Assembly (NCBI GenBank): GCA_041649675.1
Contig: JBAZMQ010000008.1
Span: 344-64,343, forward strand
Length of the DNA stretch: 64,000 nucleotides
Reading direction: 5' to 3'
From: Patescibacteria group bacterium
GTDB lineage: Bacteria; Patescibacteriota; Patescibacteriia; Buchananbacterales; UBA6539
In this document: in pieces, positions 8,198 through 16,916 of the stretch
Layout: every line of letters begins with the position of its first letter
Position numbering within the stretch: position 1 is the stretch's first letter
Translations under genes and position numbers: made by a program
The notes under the pieces: model-generated
Database searches by the model: none
Seen by the model: only the letters and a program-made list of their open reading frames with translations
Told to the model about the DNA's origin: nothing

Positions 8198-8680
8198 TCA
8201 TTCGTTAGGGTAGTAGAAGATGTAAGTGTAAGGTATTTCCATCTTACCTACATCTTTGCTATTTAATAATCTCATTACTGAGAAGCGGTCTATTCGGCCA
8301 CTGCCGTTGTAAGCTTTAGCGTGAGGGAAAGACAGGACTTTGTCCTTGTCGGTGAATTCGCCTGGTTCAAGTAGAAATACGGCATGCGACAGTTTTACCT
8401 GGCCATTTAAATCTTTCATGTTGGCATAAATGCCAACAAGACAAAAATTAATAGTTTTATCCGGTAAATCCATCGGCGCAAGGAATTTCGAAGCCATACC
8501 GCTTAGTTCAAGCTTTTTTATCTCGGCCGGGGTCACCTCACCTTGTTTCATTTTTTCCGTCAGCGCTTTATAGGGCTTATCAGCTTGTTGGAATAAGACC
8601 CTCAGTCCAACTGTCAAACCAAGCGCCAAGACTGCTACGACGATAAACAGTGCAATCAAAGTAAAACCCTTCTTTTTCAT
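8198..8680 (-). CDS. Prepilin-like N-terminal domain protein (type IV pilin/pseudopilin-like)
   Basis: MKKKGFTLIALFIVVAVLAL resembles the class-III signal / N-methylation motif G|FTLIE, but with Ala at +5 instead of Glu. Confidence 0.4.
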   Translation of the reverse strand: MKKKGFTLIALFIVVAVLALGLTVGLRVLFQQADKPYKALTEKMKQGEVTPAEIKKLELSGMASKFLAPMDLPDKTINFCLVGIYANMKDLNGQVKLSHAVFLLEPGEFTDKDKVLSFPHAKAYNGSGRIDRFSVMRLLNSKDVGKMEIPYTYIFYYPNE

Positions 8681-8845
8681 TGTCTACTCTCCTTATGGTT
8701 AGAACAAAATTTTTGGTTTGCAGGTTGAAATTATCATATTATTATTAGCTTGTCAATCAATTTTTAAGTACTTAAACCTTTTCTTAAAGCAATTTTTTTG
8801 CTATAGTTATTTTAGTTTTTAAATAATTATTTTTGACGGAAAAAT

Positions 8846-9406
8846 ATGACTAAAAAAACTCACGAAAATTTGCTTAAAGCCATTGCCGGCGAATCAATAG
8901 CGCGCAATAAGTACACTTATTTTGCTGAAATTGCCATGAAAGAAGGTCTAGTTTGGATTGCCAAGGTTTTTGAAGAAACCGCGGATAATGAACGGGCTCA
9001 TGCTCAAGAGGAATTAGAAAAATTAAAAAAGCCGGTTGCCATGACCAACACTTATGACATCCATCCCTTGGGAAAAACTTTGGAAAATCTACGCAATGCC
9101 CAAGCTGGTGAAGAATACGAATTTGGCACGATGTACCCGGATTTTGAGAAAATGGCGCTGCAAGAAGACGAAAAAGATATCGCCACTTTGTTTAAAGAAA
9201 TCAGCGAAGTGGAAGAAAAGCATGCCGAGCGTTATAAAATTTTAGGCGATCGCTTGGAGCAAGGTAAATTATTTGAAAGCGACGAGGAAATTGAATGGAA
9301 GTGCCTAAATTGCGGGTATATTCACAAAGGCAAAAGTGCGCCGAAAAAATGTCCGCTTTGCCAAAAGCCGCAGGGCTATTATATGGGGCTGAAGGTAGTC
9401 AGATAA
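8846..9406 (+). CDS. rbr: Rubrerythrin
   Basis: N-terminal ferritin-like diiron domain (E...EGESIARNKY...E..H) plus a C-terminal rubredoxin-like CxxC...CxxC (CLNCGYIH...CPLCQ). Confidence 0.9.
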   Translation: MTKKTHENLLKAIAGESIARNKYTYFAEIAMKEGLVWIAKVFEETADNERAHAQEELEKLKKPVAMTNTYDIHPLGKTLENLRNAQAGEEYEFGTMYPDFEKMALQEDEKDIATLFKEISEVEEKHAERYKILGDRLEQGKLFESDEEIEWKCLNCGYIHKGKSAPKKCPLCQKPQGYYMGLKVVR

Positions 9407-9426
9407 AAAATTAAGAAAATAAAAAA

Positions 9427-9454
9427 ATAAGAAATTAATTTTTTAATTTCTTAT
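9427..9454. terminator. Bidirectional intrinsic terminator between rbr (+) and metallopeptidase-1 (-)
   Basis: Perfect palindrome ATAAGAAATTAA-TTTT-TTAATTTCTTAT flanked by A- and T-runs. Confidence 0.6.
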
Positions 9455-11637
9455 TTTTTTATCTCAAAGACAATCGGATGAGGCAAATCACGGTAGCCGC
9501 CGGAGTTATACAAGATAAAATCAGGCAGGCTGATTTTGCAGCCATCGGCTGTCATTTCCGAAATCACACCTTTCTTTGGCACATTCCAAGAGGTGTTATT
9601 TTGTGGGACAGTGGCGCTTTCACCGGAAATTTCATTATGAATCGTGAAGCCCGGGGTTTCAAATTTGCCCTCTTTAGTCACAGCTTCAAACGTGCCGTCT
9701 TTCAGGACTGATTCCGCACTTAAATCAAATTCTAAATAATGATCATAAGCAAAATTCATGGCGCTTGAAGTGATAAACAAAGCCGTCTGGCTGGGCCAAT
9801 CTTCCCGATAAGTGACTTTAACTCTCCATTTACCCAAGTAAGCATATTTGGCCTTGGCCGGGACCGAATCTTTAACTAATTCACCTTCAGCCTGATATCT
9901 GACAATACCAGTATAGTTTGGGCTAACAGCAAAGATGGGTTTAGAAACCATAGTCTCCCCTTGATTAATTTCATAGCACGACTCTTGAGTCTTAACTTTA
10001 ATGTCGCTTACGTCTATTTTATTTTTCATTTCGGCATTGCTGAAAATCAAAATAATTCTGTCAAAATCTTCATCCGCCTTGTCAAAGCAAAAACTGCGGC
10101 TTTCTTTGTCGGTCCAATCTTCGGTGTAGGGTTGGCCATTATTTTTTGGATAGATTATGGCCTTGATTGCCGCGTTGCCACTTTTGCCGGTAAAATTTTT
10201 CAGATCTTTAAAGACTGCTTTACGTACACCTTGCGCGTCGCTAAAGAAAGTTTCAATCACCTGGGCCGTCAGCGGTTTTAATTCTTTGGTGGGAATACTA
10301 GTTTCGCCGGGTGCCAAGAAAATCATATCGTTATTGTCTTTTTGATTGGTATCACCGGTGAACTTTTTACTCTGGTCGGCTTTTTTATAATTTTCGATTG
10401 GGTTTTGATTAAAATTCCACAAGGTAAATTCTTTCCAGTTTTTCTTAAAGCCGCCGTTAATGGTTTTTTCGGCACTGGCCAGCGGAGTAGAACCGCCGGT
10501 ACAACCTTCAAAAATTTTAGTGACAATCATCCGATCATAAGTATTGGATAGATAAAAAGGAAAAACATAAGCGCCATATTCAAAATTTTTGCCATTTTCA
10601 AACAAGCTCGTGGCCGGTCTTGGAATAAAACTTTCAACATATCCTTGTTCAGTATTATCTTTGGGGTAGATCATATCTTCCGACCAGGTAGCTGTGCCTT
10701 CAATCCACCACCAGTTGGCGACGTAAAGCCGGCATTCAAAAGCCCGTTGAAAGGCGTGGAATAATTCATGAACGGTTGTAGTCTTTAAATATCTGTCATT
10801 TAAATTTTCTCGAAGGATGATATAACTGCTTTTGCCATTGCCGTTATCCGGCACGTTAACGCCCTGGGAAGGTGAACCACCTTTCGAATCAGCTAAATGA
10901 ACATGGGCACCAGTTGCTATAAAAATATCGGTTTTATTATCGCCACCCAAAGTTCCGTCCGAAGGGGGAGTTTTCCCAAGTAAGCCGACAAACTGGGCAT
11001 AGGCGCCGTCGGCATTTAAGTTTGCCACAATTTTTTGGGCGACATTATAATAGAGCTTAGTGACTTTTTCCTCGCTGTTAACCATTTCCTTTTTTTCCAG
11101 ATACCAGACTTTAATTTTGCCATCGGCAGTTATTAAAGTGTCATCGGATTTGTAAGACAGGGGACGATCAAAAGCTTTGGCTTGATCAATTAGTTGAAGC
11201 CAGCTGGTTTGTGGCGCTTGGATTTCACCATTCATAATTTTACTCATCGCGCTTTCCGGATTATCCGGCCGCAAAAAATACGGCGCCAAAGTCTTTTTAG
11301 TTTCAGCTGTTAGTTTGCTCCAGTTTTCGGCAATTTCGCCAAAAGTGCCGCCATCTTCAAACGGCCCATTGGCGCTGGCATATTCTTTTGGCAAAGTTGG
11401 GTCATTGAATAAAAATTTAACCTTATTGATCAAAGCCGTGTCTAAATTAATTTTGCCTTCAGCTAAGTCTTTTTGGATTGAATCAAGGCCGGTTGGCTCG
11501 TTACTGTAGCGCGGGTCAGTAAATTTGTCAGCTTCGGCCACTTTGGCTTTCTCGCCTTTGGGTAAGAAAAAATAAAGACCGACTCCAGCGGCAAGAATGA
11601 TGGTCGCTGCAATGATTAAAATTAGTTTCTTTTTCAT
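9451..11637 (-). CDS. Secreted gluzincin-type metallopeptidase (HExxH...E; peptidase-MA-like), paralog 1
   Basis: Signal peptide MKKKLILIIAATIILAAGVGLYFF. Zinc motif TVHELFHAFQ with a downstream WWWIEGTATWSED glutamate. Shares NxxWxxFSxxTKxxLxPFLL and EATATW motifs with the 13290-15512 gene. Confidence 0.65.
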   Translation of the reverse strand: MKKKLILIIAATIILAAGVGLYFFLPKGEKAKVAEADKFTDPRYSNEPTGLDSIQKDLAEGKINLDTALINKVKFLFNDPTLPKEYASANGPFEDGGTFGEIAENWSKLTAETKKTLAPYFLRPDNPESAMSKIMNGEIQAPQTSWLQLIDQAKAFDRPLSYKSDDTLITADGKIKVWYLEKKEMVNSEEKVTKLYYNVAQKIVANLNADGAYAQFVGLLGKTPPSDGTLGGDNKTDIFIATGAHVHLADSKGGSPSQGVNVPDNGNGKSSYIILRENLNDRYLKTTTVHELFHAFQRAFECRLYVANWWWIEGTATWSEDMIYPKDNTEQGYVESFIPRPATSLFENGKNFEYGAYVFPFYLSNTYDRMIVTKIFEGCTGGSTPLASAEKTINGGFKKNWKEFTLWNFNQNPIENYKKADQSKKFTGDTNQKDNNDMIFLAPGETSIPTKELKPLTAQVIETFFSDAQGVRKAVFKDLKNFTGKSGNAAIKAIIYPKNNGQPYTEDWTDKESRSFCFDKADEDFDRIILIFSNAEMKNKIDVSDIKVKTQESCYEINQGETMVSKPIFAVSPNYTGIVRYQAEGELVKDSVPAKAKYAYLGKWRVKVTYREDWPSQTALFITSSAMNFAYDHYLEFDLSAESVLKDGTFEAVTKEGKFETPGFTIHNEISGESATVPQNNTSWNVPKKGVISEMTADGCKISLPDFILYNSGGYRDLPHPIVFEIKK

Positions 11638-11647
11638 AAAATTTTTT

Positions 11648-11722
11648 TGTCATGCCGGCCTTGAGCCGGCATCCAGGGTTAATATCGTGCGACTCTGGAT
11701 TCCCGCGTTCGCGGGAATGACA
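11648..11722. repeat. TGTCAT...ATGACA palindromic element (copy 1), in the 5' leader of metallopeptidase-1
   Basis: Terminal inverted repeats TTGTCATGCCGG / CGGGAATGACAA with internal hairpins GCCGGCCTTGAGCCGGC and TCCCGCGTTCGCGGGAA. Homologous to 15526-15601. Confidence 0.6.
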
Positions 11723-11900
11723 ATAAAGAGTTAAGGTTTAATGACGGCTTTATTATAGCAAAAAACCGCCTTCTCGTCCCGTCCTTATGAAAGGCGGGGG
11801 TAGGCGATTATTATCTCAACTTAATAAATTTAGTTTAGTATGTTATAATGTAGTTAAGGTTGGGCCCGGGTAGAATTTCTACCCGGGCCTTGTCTAATTG

Positions 11901-12251
11901 TTAATTGTAACAATTAGATACCGGACAGCTCCAGTCTGTATCATCGGGATGATCAGGATGGATAGCATTATCCAACTGCTGACTACCCCCGAACATGTGG
12001 TAGATCTCACATTCCTTGTTGTAAGCAACTTCCGCTGATGGGAAGTATGATGCTTTGAACATAGGGTAAGATTCTACCCAATCATGAAGTCTGTCATTTA
12101 AATCCGTATCAGACCTACCAACATACTCGACAATGAATGTGCGGTTAGTATTTAACCTGCCAAGAACATAAGTGCCTGGACGGGTCAGTTTAACAGCAAA
12201 ATCAATTGACTCATGTGATAGCGTGAACGGACCTTCAAGTCCGGTATTCAT
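11901..12251 (-). CDS. Small GIY-YIG nuclease-domain protein (YhbQ/UPF0213-like)
   Basis: PGTYVLGRLNTNRTFIVEYVGRSDTDLNDRLHDW matches GIY-x10-YIG-x3-L-x2-RL-x2-H. Confidence 0.6.
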   Translation of the reverse strand: MNTGLEGPFTLSHESIDFAVKLTRPGTYVLGRLNTNRTFIVEYVGRSDTDLNDRLHDWVESYPMFKASYFPSAEVAYNKECEIYHMFGGSQQLDNAIHPDHPDDTDWSCPVSNCYN

Positions 12252-12364
12252 AATCGTGATAGAAACCTTTCGGTTTTTTTAATTATTAAACCAATTTTAG
12301 GTAAAACCGACTTTATTTACCATTATTGGTAGGGTATAATAGTACCTTTCCCTTTTGATTATTT

Positions 12365-12886
12365 TTAACTTATCAGCCTATCAAGAATAGATTTAATCTT
12401 TTCAATCTCGTCTTTAGAGGTATCCTCTGGAATATCTATAGTAAACCGTATTCCGGGTCTTAAGTTTAAATCAATTCTATGTCGGTTCGTTAAAACTTCT
12501 GTTTCAGTTACTTGATTATCTTTGTTGTTTTTTAGCTGTGGTTTAAGGGTTTGATTTTGAGATCTAATGCGACGGGAAGGATTCCAATTAGCCATTTTTG
12601 CAGGATCTTGCCCGTATTCTTCAAAGTCATCAATAACTTTCATAACCCGACCTTTGTAGGTAGCCAGTGAGGCAGCACTCAGTTTACTGCTGTTTTTTGA
12701 AAAGACATTATGATATATCTGCTCAAGATTATTTTTAAATTTTTCTACCGATTCACGTTCATCATCATTTATTTCAGCCTCGAATAACTTTAAAGCTGCC
12801 TTTAACCCACTCGCTGTGTTTTCGGCATATTTCCGACTTTTTGTCGCGCTCTCTATAAATTTGTACAGACTTTCAAATTTTTCCAT
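12365..12886 (-). CDS. Hypothetical protein (173 aa), co-oriented upstream partner of the GIY-YIG gene
   Basis: Intact ORF with good local codon usage. No recognisable motif. Confidence 0.4.
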   Translation of the reverse strand: MEKFESLYKFIESATKSRKYAENTASGLKAALKLFEAEINDDERESVEKFKNNLEQIYHNVFSKNSSKLSAASLATYKGRVMKVIDDFEEYGQDPAKMANWNPSRRIRSQNQTLKPQLKNNKDNQVTETEVLTNRHRIDLNLRPGIRFTIDIPEDTSKDEIEKIKSILDRLIS

Positions 12887-13149
12887 TTTTTTATAGTTAA
12901 TTGTTAGGTATTCTCATCTTAGCGCATCTGATTTTAATTGTCAAATGCAAATGACCAGTAAAGTGTATGTTATATGATATTTTTTGCTAAAGATAGCAAA
13001 TATATATATATTTAATGATATTTTCTAGTCATCAATCTCCACTAAATATATAAGTTAGATTGTAAATTGAATATTAAAGGCTTAAGATAGCTCTTTTCTA
13101 TTGTTATTTATTTCATCTTAATTGTCATTAACGAGAATTGAATTTTGCT

Positions 13150-13205
13150 TGTATTTTTTGAAAAACCGAAGGTTCGATTCGTCGGTTAGACGGTCAAATC
13201 TTACC
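13150..13205 (-). terminator. Intrinsic terminator of metallopeptidase-2 (minus strand)
   Basis: On the minus strand a GCCGAAGGT...ACCTTCGGT hairpin is followed by TTTTTC. Confidence 0.5.
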
Positions 13206-13289
13206 TTCGGCAAGGGCTGGCTCGGCGAGGACGCCTCACCCCTATTATATTTATTTTCTTAATTTTTTAATTTCTTATTTTCTTAAACT

Positions 13290-15512
13290 CTAATCCATCT
13301 TCCTATATTCCCAATCAATCGTGCCTTTGATATTATCTCCCGGCTGGTAGGTGGTATGGCCTTTAATCACTTTGTCATTGGGCTTGATGGTAATTTCAAT
13401 TGGGTTGGGGGCATAAGAGTAGCTGGCGGAATACTCGGTATTACTGCTTTCCTGATAACCGCCCCAGGCGTTTTGTAATGGCAGAATGAAGGAACAGTTT
13501 TTTTCCAAATACTGCCAGTAGCTGGTGGTTTTGAATTGTCTTTGAGCCGTGGCTGAATCGGGATCAGGCTTGATGTCAAAACCGATTTCATAAGGGCCGC
13601 CGATTTTGCCGGTTAAATCTTCGGCGTGAGTGGTGCCGTAGATTCGGCTGTGTTGTTGCTCTTCATTTTTGAGATCATAGATATAATTACCATTGCCGCT
13701 GGTGGTACTGCGTGAATTGTCAAAAATTACACCGCAGCCGCCCCGGCCACCCTGATAGGTTTTGTTATATTTTTCATTGAAGGTAAAATTATGTTTTTTT
13801 ACTAACAACTCATCATTTTCCGGATCATATTCGAGTTCTTCATGAATCGAATAAGAACCGCCAGTTTTCACATTGCCGCTGGCTTTGCCATAATCCATAT
13901 ATGCTCCCTGCCAACTGACGCGAACCGTGCCAATCCAGCCTGGGCCGCATTTTTTTTCCGCTTTGGTTTTTAAGTTGCCATTGGCGAGATTAATGATATC
14001 TGAATTGGTGGTAATCAAAACGGCAGCGGTGATGTTTTCCTCGTCCAAATTGCGACAGAAAGTCCGTTCCGGCAAATTTGACCAGTCTTCGTAATACCAA
14101 TTGTCACCAATCTTAATTAGGGCTTGCAAACCCTTGGGTCCATTTTCGTTGGGCTCAAATGCCTTAACGTCAAAAGTCAGTTTTTTAATATTATCATTGG
14201 TCAGATAGTAGAAATAATATTTCGCCCCACCTCTTTCTAAACTGACGGCTTCGGTTTTTTCACCAAATGAATGCAGCGGAATCATTTTCATTGAAGCGCC
14301 TCCGGGAGTAATGGCGGGAAATTGGGGCGTATCGTTGTGGTAAATAAATGGTATTTGATTCCAGTTCCAGAAAGAAAATTCTTTGAATTCATCATTAAAG
14401 TCCGGCCGGGATTTCAAAGCTTGGCGGGCGGCATTGGTTTGTTTGGCTCTAGCCAAGGCTAAAGCGATGTCTTGGCCACCGCCACCGGCTTTTTCGGTCA
14501 AATAATAAAACCAAAGATAAGAAGCATATTCGTGGCTGGCTTTAGTGCTTAATAAATCCCAGTTAGTGTAGTTAAAAAAATCAGAATCATATTCGTGTTC
14601 AGTGTTATAGTTATGATAAACAAAATCTTCAGCCCAAGTGGCGGTGGCTTCCATCAGCCATTTCATATCCAATTCATATTTGAAACCATAAAAATATTGG
14701 TAGCAATGAAAAACTTCATGAGCCGTGGTGGCCTGAGTTATTTTTTGATCCAAACCAGTTTTGATTCTAACCACGCAGATTTTATTGGAGACCGGATTTA
14801 AAGAAGCTTGGCCGTAGCCGGAAAGACCGCGGCTGTTTAAATAAATATTGATTTTTTTGTCAGTCAAATCAATGCCAAGTAAGTCAGAAAATTTTGGCAC
14901 CGAATCAACCGCGGCAGTTTGAGCCCAAACATTATTTTGATAATCCTGTTGTTCGCGCGATTTATCATAGTAAACGCTGACTTGGGGCAAAGGTTTTGAT
15001 TCAACCCAGACTGTCGCTGGCGCCGCCCCGGCCGGCTTGATTAAAAGTAGCTTATCCCAAAGATTTTTTTCCTCATCAGCGGTCAAAGCCGGACTGTAAT
15101 AACTTTTGGGATCATCCGGCGGCAGTAAAAAGGGGAGTAAAGCATCTTTTGTCTGTTGAGAAAAAGAATTCCACTTTTCATTAATTAAGCCGAAAAGATA
15201 GGCGTCATCAGTGGAAACTGGCGCGCCTTGGAATTCTGCCGGTAATTTAGTCTGGTCAGCCAAGCCAATCACTTGATAAACTATACTTTGTTCCTCGGTG
15301 ATTTTGTCCGCCGTTTGCGCGGCTTGAATTTTATCCGCACTAGTTTCTTGATAAGGAACTTCTGGCCTGTATGATTCAACGATTTTTTTTACTTGGGGAT
15401 CAGTAATTTTTGAAGGGTCAATTGTTTCTTGAGCCGTCTGATTGTTTTTATTAAAACAGCCGGTGGTAAATAGGGTCAGGAGGATTAGTAGTAAAAATAG
15501 AGGTTTTTTCAT
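13290..15512 (-). CDS. Secreted gluzincin-type metallopeptidase lipoprotein (HExxH...E), paralog 2
   Basis: Lipobox LFTTGC. TTAHEVFHCYQ with downstream MEATATWAED. Paralogous to 9451-11637. Confidence 0.65.
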   Translation of the reverse strand: MKKPLFLLLILLTLFTTGCFNKNNQTAQETIDPSKITDPQVKKIVESYRPEVPYQETSADKIQAAQTADKITEEQSIVYQVIGLADQTKLPAEFQGAPVSTDDAYLFGLINEKWNSFSQQTKDALLPFLLPPDDPKSYYSPALTADEEKNLWDKLLLIKPAGAAPATVWVESKPLPQVSVYYDKSREQQDYQNNVWAQTAAVDSVPKFSDLLGIDLTDKKINIYLNSRGLSGYGQASLNPVSNKICVVRIKTGLDQKITQATTAHEVFHCYQYFYGFKYELDMKWLMEATATWAEDFVYHNYNTEHEYDSDFFNYTNWDLLSTKASHEYASYLWFYYLTEKAGGGGQDIALALARAKQTNAARQALKSRPDFNDEFKEFSFWNWNQIPFIYHNDTPQFPAITPGGASMKMIPLHSFGEKTEAVSLERGGAKYYFYYLTNDNIKKLTFDVKAFEPNENGPKGLQALIKIGDNWYYEDWSNLPERTFCRNLDEENITAAVLITTNSDIINLANGNLKTKAEKKCGPGWIGTVRVSWQGAYMDYGKASGNVKTGGSYSIHEELEYDPENDELLVKKHNFTFNEKYNKTYQGGRGGCGVIFDNSRSTTSGNGNYIYDLKNEEQQHSRIYGTTHAEDLTGKIGGPYEIGFDIKPDPDSATAQRQFKTTSYWQYLEKNCSFILPLQNAWGGYQESSNTEYSASYSYAPNPIEITIKPNDKVIKGHTTYQPGDNIKGTIDWEYRKMD

Positions 15513-15525
15513 AAAGTTTTTATTT

Positions 15526-15601
15526 TGTCATGTCGGATTCAATCCGGCATCCAGAGTTAATTTGTATTACTTCTTGATCCCGCATCAAGTGCGGGATGAC
15601 A
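15526..15601. repeat. TGTCAT...ATGACA palindromic element (copy 2), in the 5' leader of metallopeptidase-2
   Basis: TTGTCATGTCGGATTCAATCCGGCA...GATCCCGCATCAAGTGCGGGATGACAA, followed by AGGTTTAATGACGGGTTTATTATAGCAAAA, which is also conserved at 11727-11762. Confidence 0.6.
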
Positions 15602-15652
15602 AGAAAAGGTAAGGTTTAATGACGGGTTTATTATAGCAAAACCTATTACCAA

Positions 15653-15742
15653 TGTCATTGCGAGCGACCAGGGGAAGCGAAACAATCCACTAGGACCTTA
15701 GAGATTGCTTCATCCCGATAATAAGTCGGGACTCGCAATGAT
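15653..15742. repeat. TGTCATTGCGAG...CTCGCAATGAT palindromic element (copy 3)
   Basis: About 90 bp, bounded by 11/12-matching terminal inverted repeats. Confidence 0.55.
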
Positions 15743-15801
15743 ATAAACAAATAAAAAACACCCTGCAACTTTGGTGTAAGTGCAGGGATGAAGTGCAAAG
15801 A

Positions 15802-16749
15802 TCAGACTACGTGGGAAATTTCTCCGGGTTGGGGTGCCTGGTGGGCTGAGACAGGAACAGCCTCTGGAGAAACTGCTGGGCAGCCATCAAGGGTGGTAAC
15901 GTCGTCGGTCGGGTTAGGCGTGATGTCAAGTGCTATCTTGCCGCCAGCGTTGCAAATGCCGCAGGCCAAAAATCCGCCGTCAATGTTGATACAGGTACCA
16001 TTAATAAAGGATGCGCCCGGGGAGCAAAGAAATGCCACTACGCTGGCGATTTCTTCGGGTAGCCCATAGCGACCCATTGGTGTATTTGACTTGATGCGCA
16101 AACCGCGGTCGCCTAAGGCCAAAATTTCGCGGTTTTGTTCGCCTGGGAAAAAACCCGGTTCCACGGCATTGGTTCGGATGTCACCTTCAATTAACTGTGG
16201 GTCAACTGCCATTTGCCGGGTTAGGGCCAGCAAGCCGGATTTGGCACAGGCATAAGGGGTTACACCGCTTAAGGCAACCTGACTGGCAACCGAGCAGATG
16301 TTTACGATGACGCCGCCAGTGCCTTGCTTGAGCATTTGGCCCGCGACGGCTTGCGACATCCGGATCGCACCGTAAAGGTTAAGATCCATCAAGGTTTGGA
16401 AATCTTCCATGGTCGTTTCAAGAAACGACTTTTTTCCTCGGTTGCCGCCAGCGCAGTTGATCAGACCATCTACCTGGCCAAATTCCCCGATGGCAGTTCG
16501 GATTGCATACTCCACGTCAACGTTTTCACAGACATCAACTTTAATGACGATAGATTGGTTTTTGTCATAAGTTTGATCAAGCTCTTCGGCTTTGGCTATA
16601 GCCTTGTCAGTGCTGGCTGAACAGCAGACTACTTTGGCACCCAAATCCAAAAGTGTTTTGGTAATTGCCATTCCGATGACTCCGGTTCCGCCGGTGATGA
16701 TTATCACTTTTCCGGACAAATCAAATTTGTTCATGTACAAAACTCCCAT
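15802..16749 (-). CDS. SDR-family NAD(P)-dependent oxidoreductase with a ~60-aa C-terminal extension
   Basis: Rossmann TGGTGVIGMAI (TGxxxGxG), NCAG, catalytic YACAKSGLLALTR (YxxxK). Locally elevated GC. Confidence 0.75.
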   Translation of the reverse strand: MGVLYMNKFDLSGKVIIITGGTGVIGMAITKTLLDLGAKVVCCSASTDKAIAKAEELDQTYDKNQSIVIKVDVCENVDVEYAIRTAIGEFGQVDGLINCAGGNRGKKSFLETTMEDFQTLMDLNLYGAIRMSQAVAGQMLKQGTGGVIVNICSVASQVALSGVTPYACAKSGLLALTRQMAVDPQLIEGDIRTNAVEPGFFPGEQNREILALGDRGLRIKSNTPMGRYGLPEEIASVVAFLCSPGASFINGTCINIDGGFLACGICNAGGKIALDITPNPTDDVTTLDGCPAVSPEAVPVSAHQAPQPGEISHVV

Positions 16750-16916
16750 AAGTTGTGAGGATTTTCTCCTCCTTTTTTTGTCTCACAAATCGAGTAAATG
16801 TTAACTTAATAATTAAATTATGTCAACTTAGTAACGGTTAGTTTTCGCTGGGTAATTAATAGCGGCTTTTTGGTTTTTTTGTTATAATTTAAATAAGTTT
16901 GATTTAATTTTTTGAT

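Noticed and set aside
8198-8680. Calling this a bona fide type IV pilin
   Set aside because: The N-terminal motif GFTLIA lacks the conserved Glu at +5, so it is reported only as prepilin-like, with low confidence.
9054-9245. 63-aa ORF in an alternate frame inside rubrerythrin
   Set aside because: It is nested in a confidently assigned gene and has no supporting features of its own.
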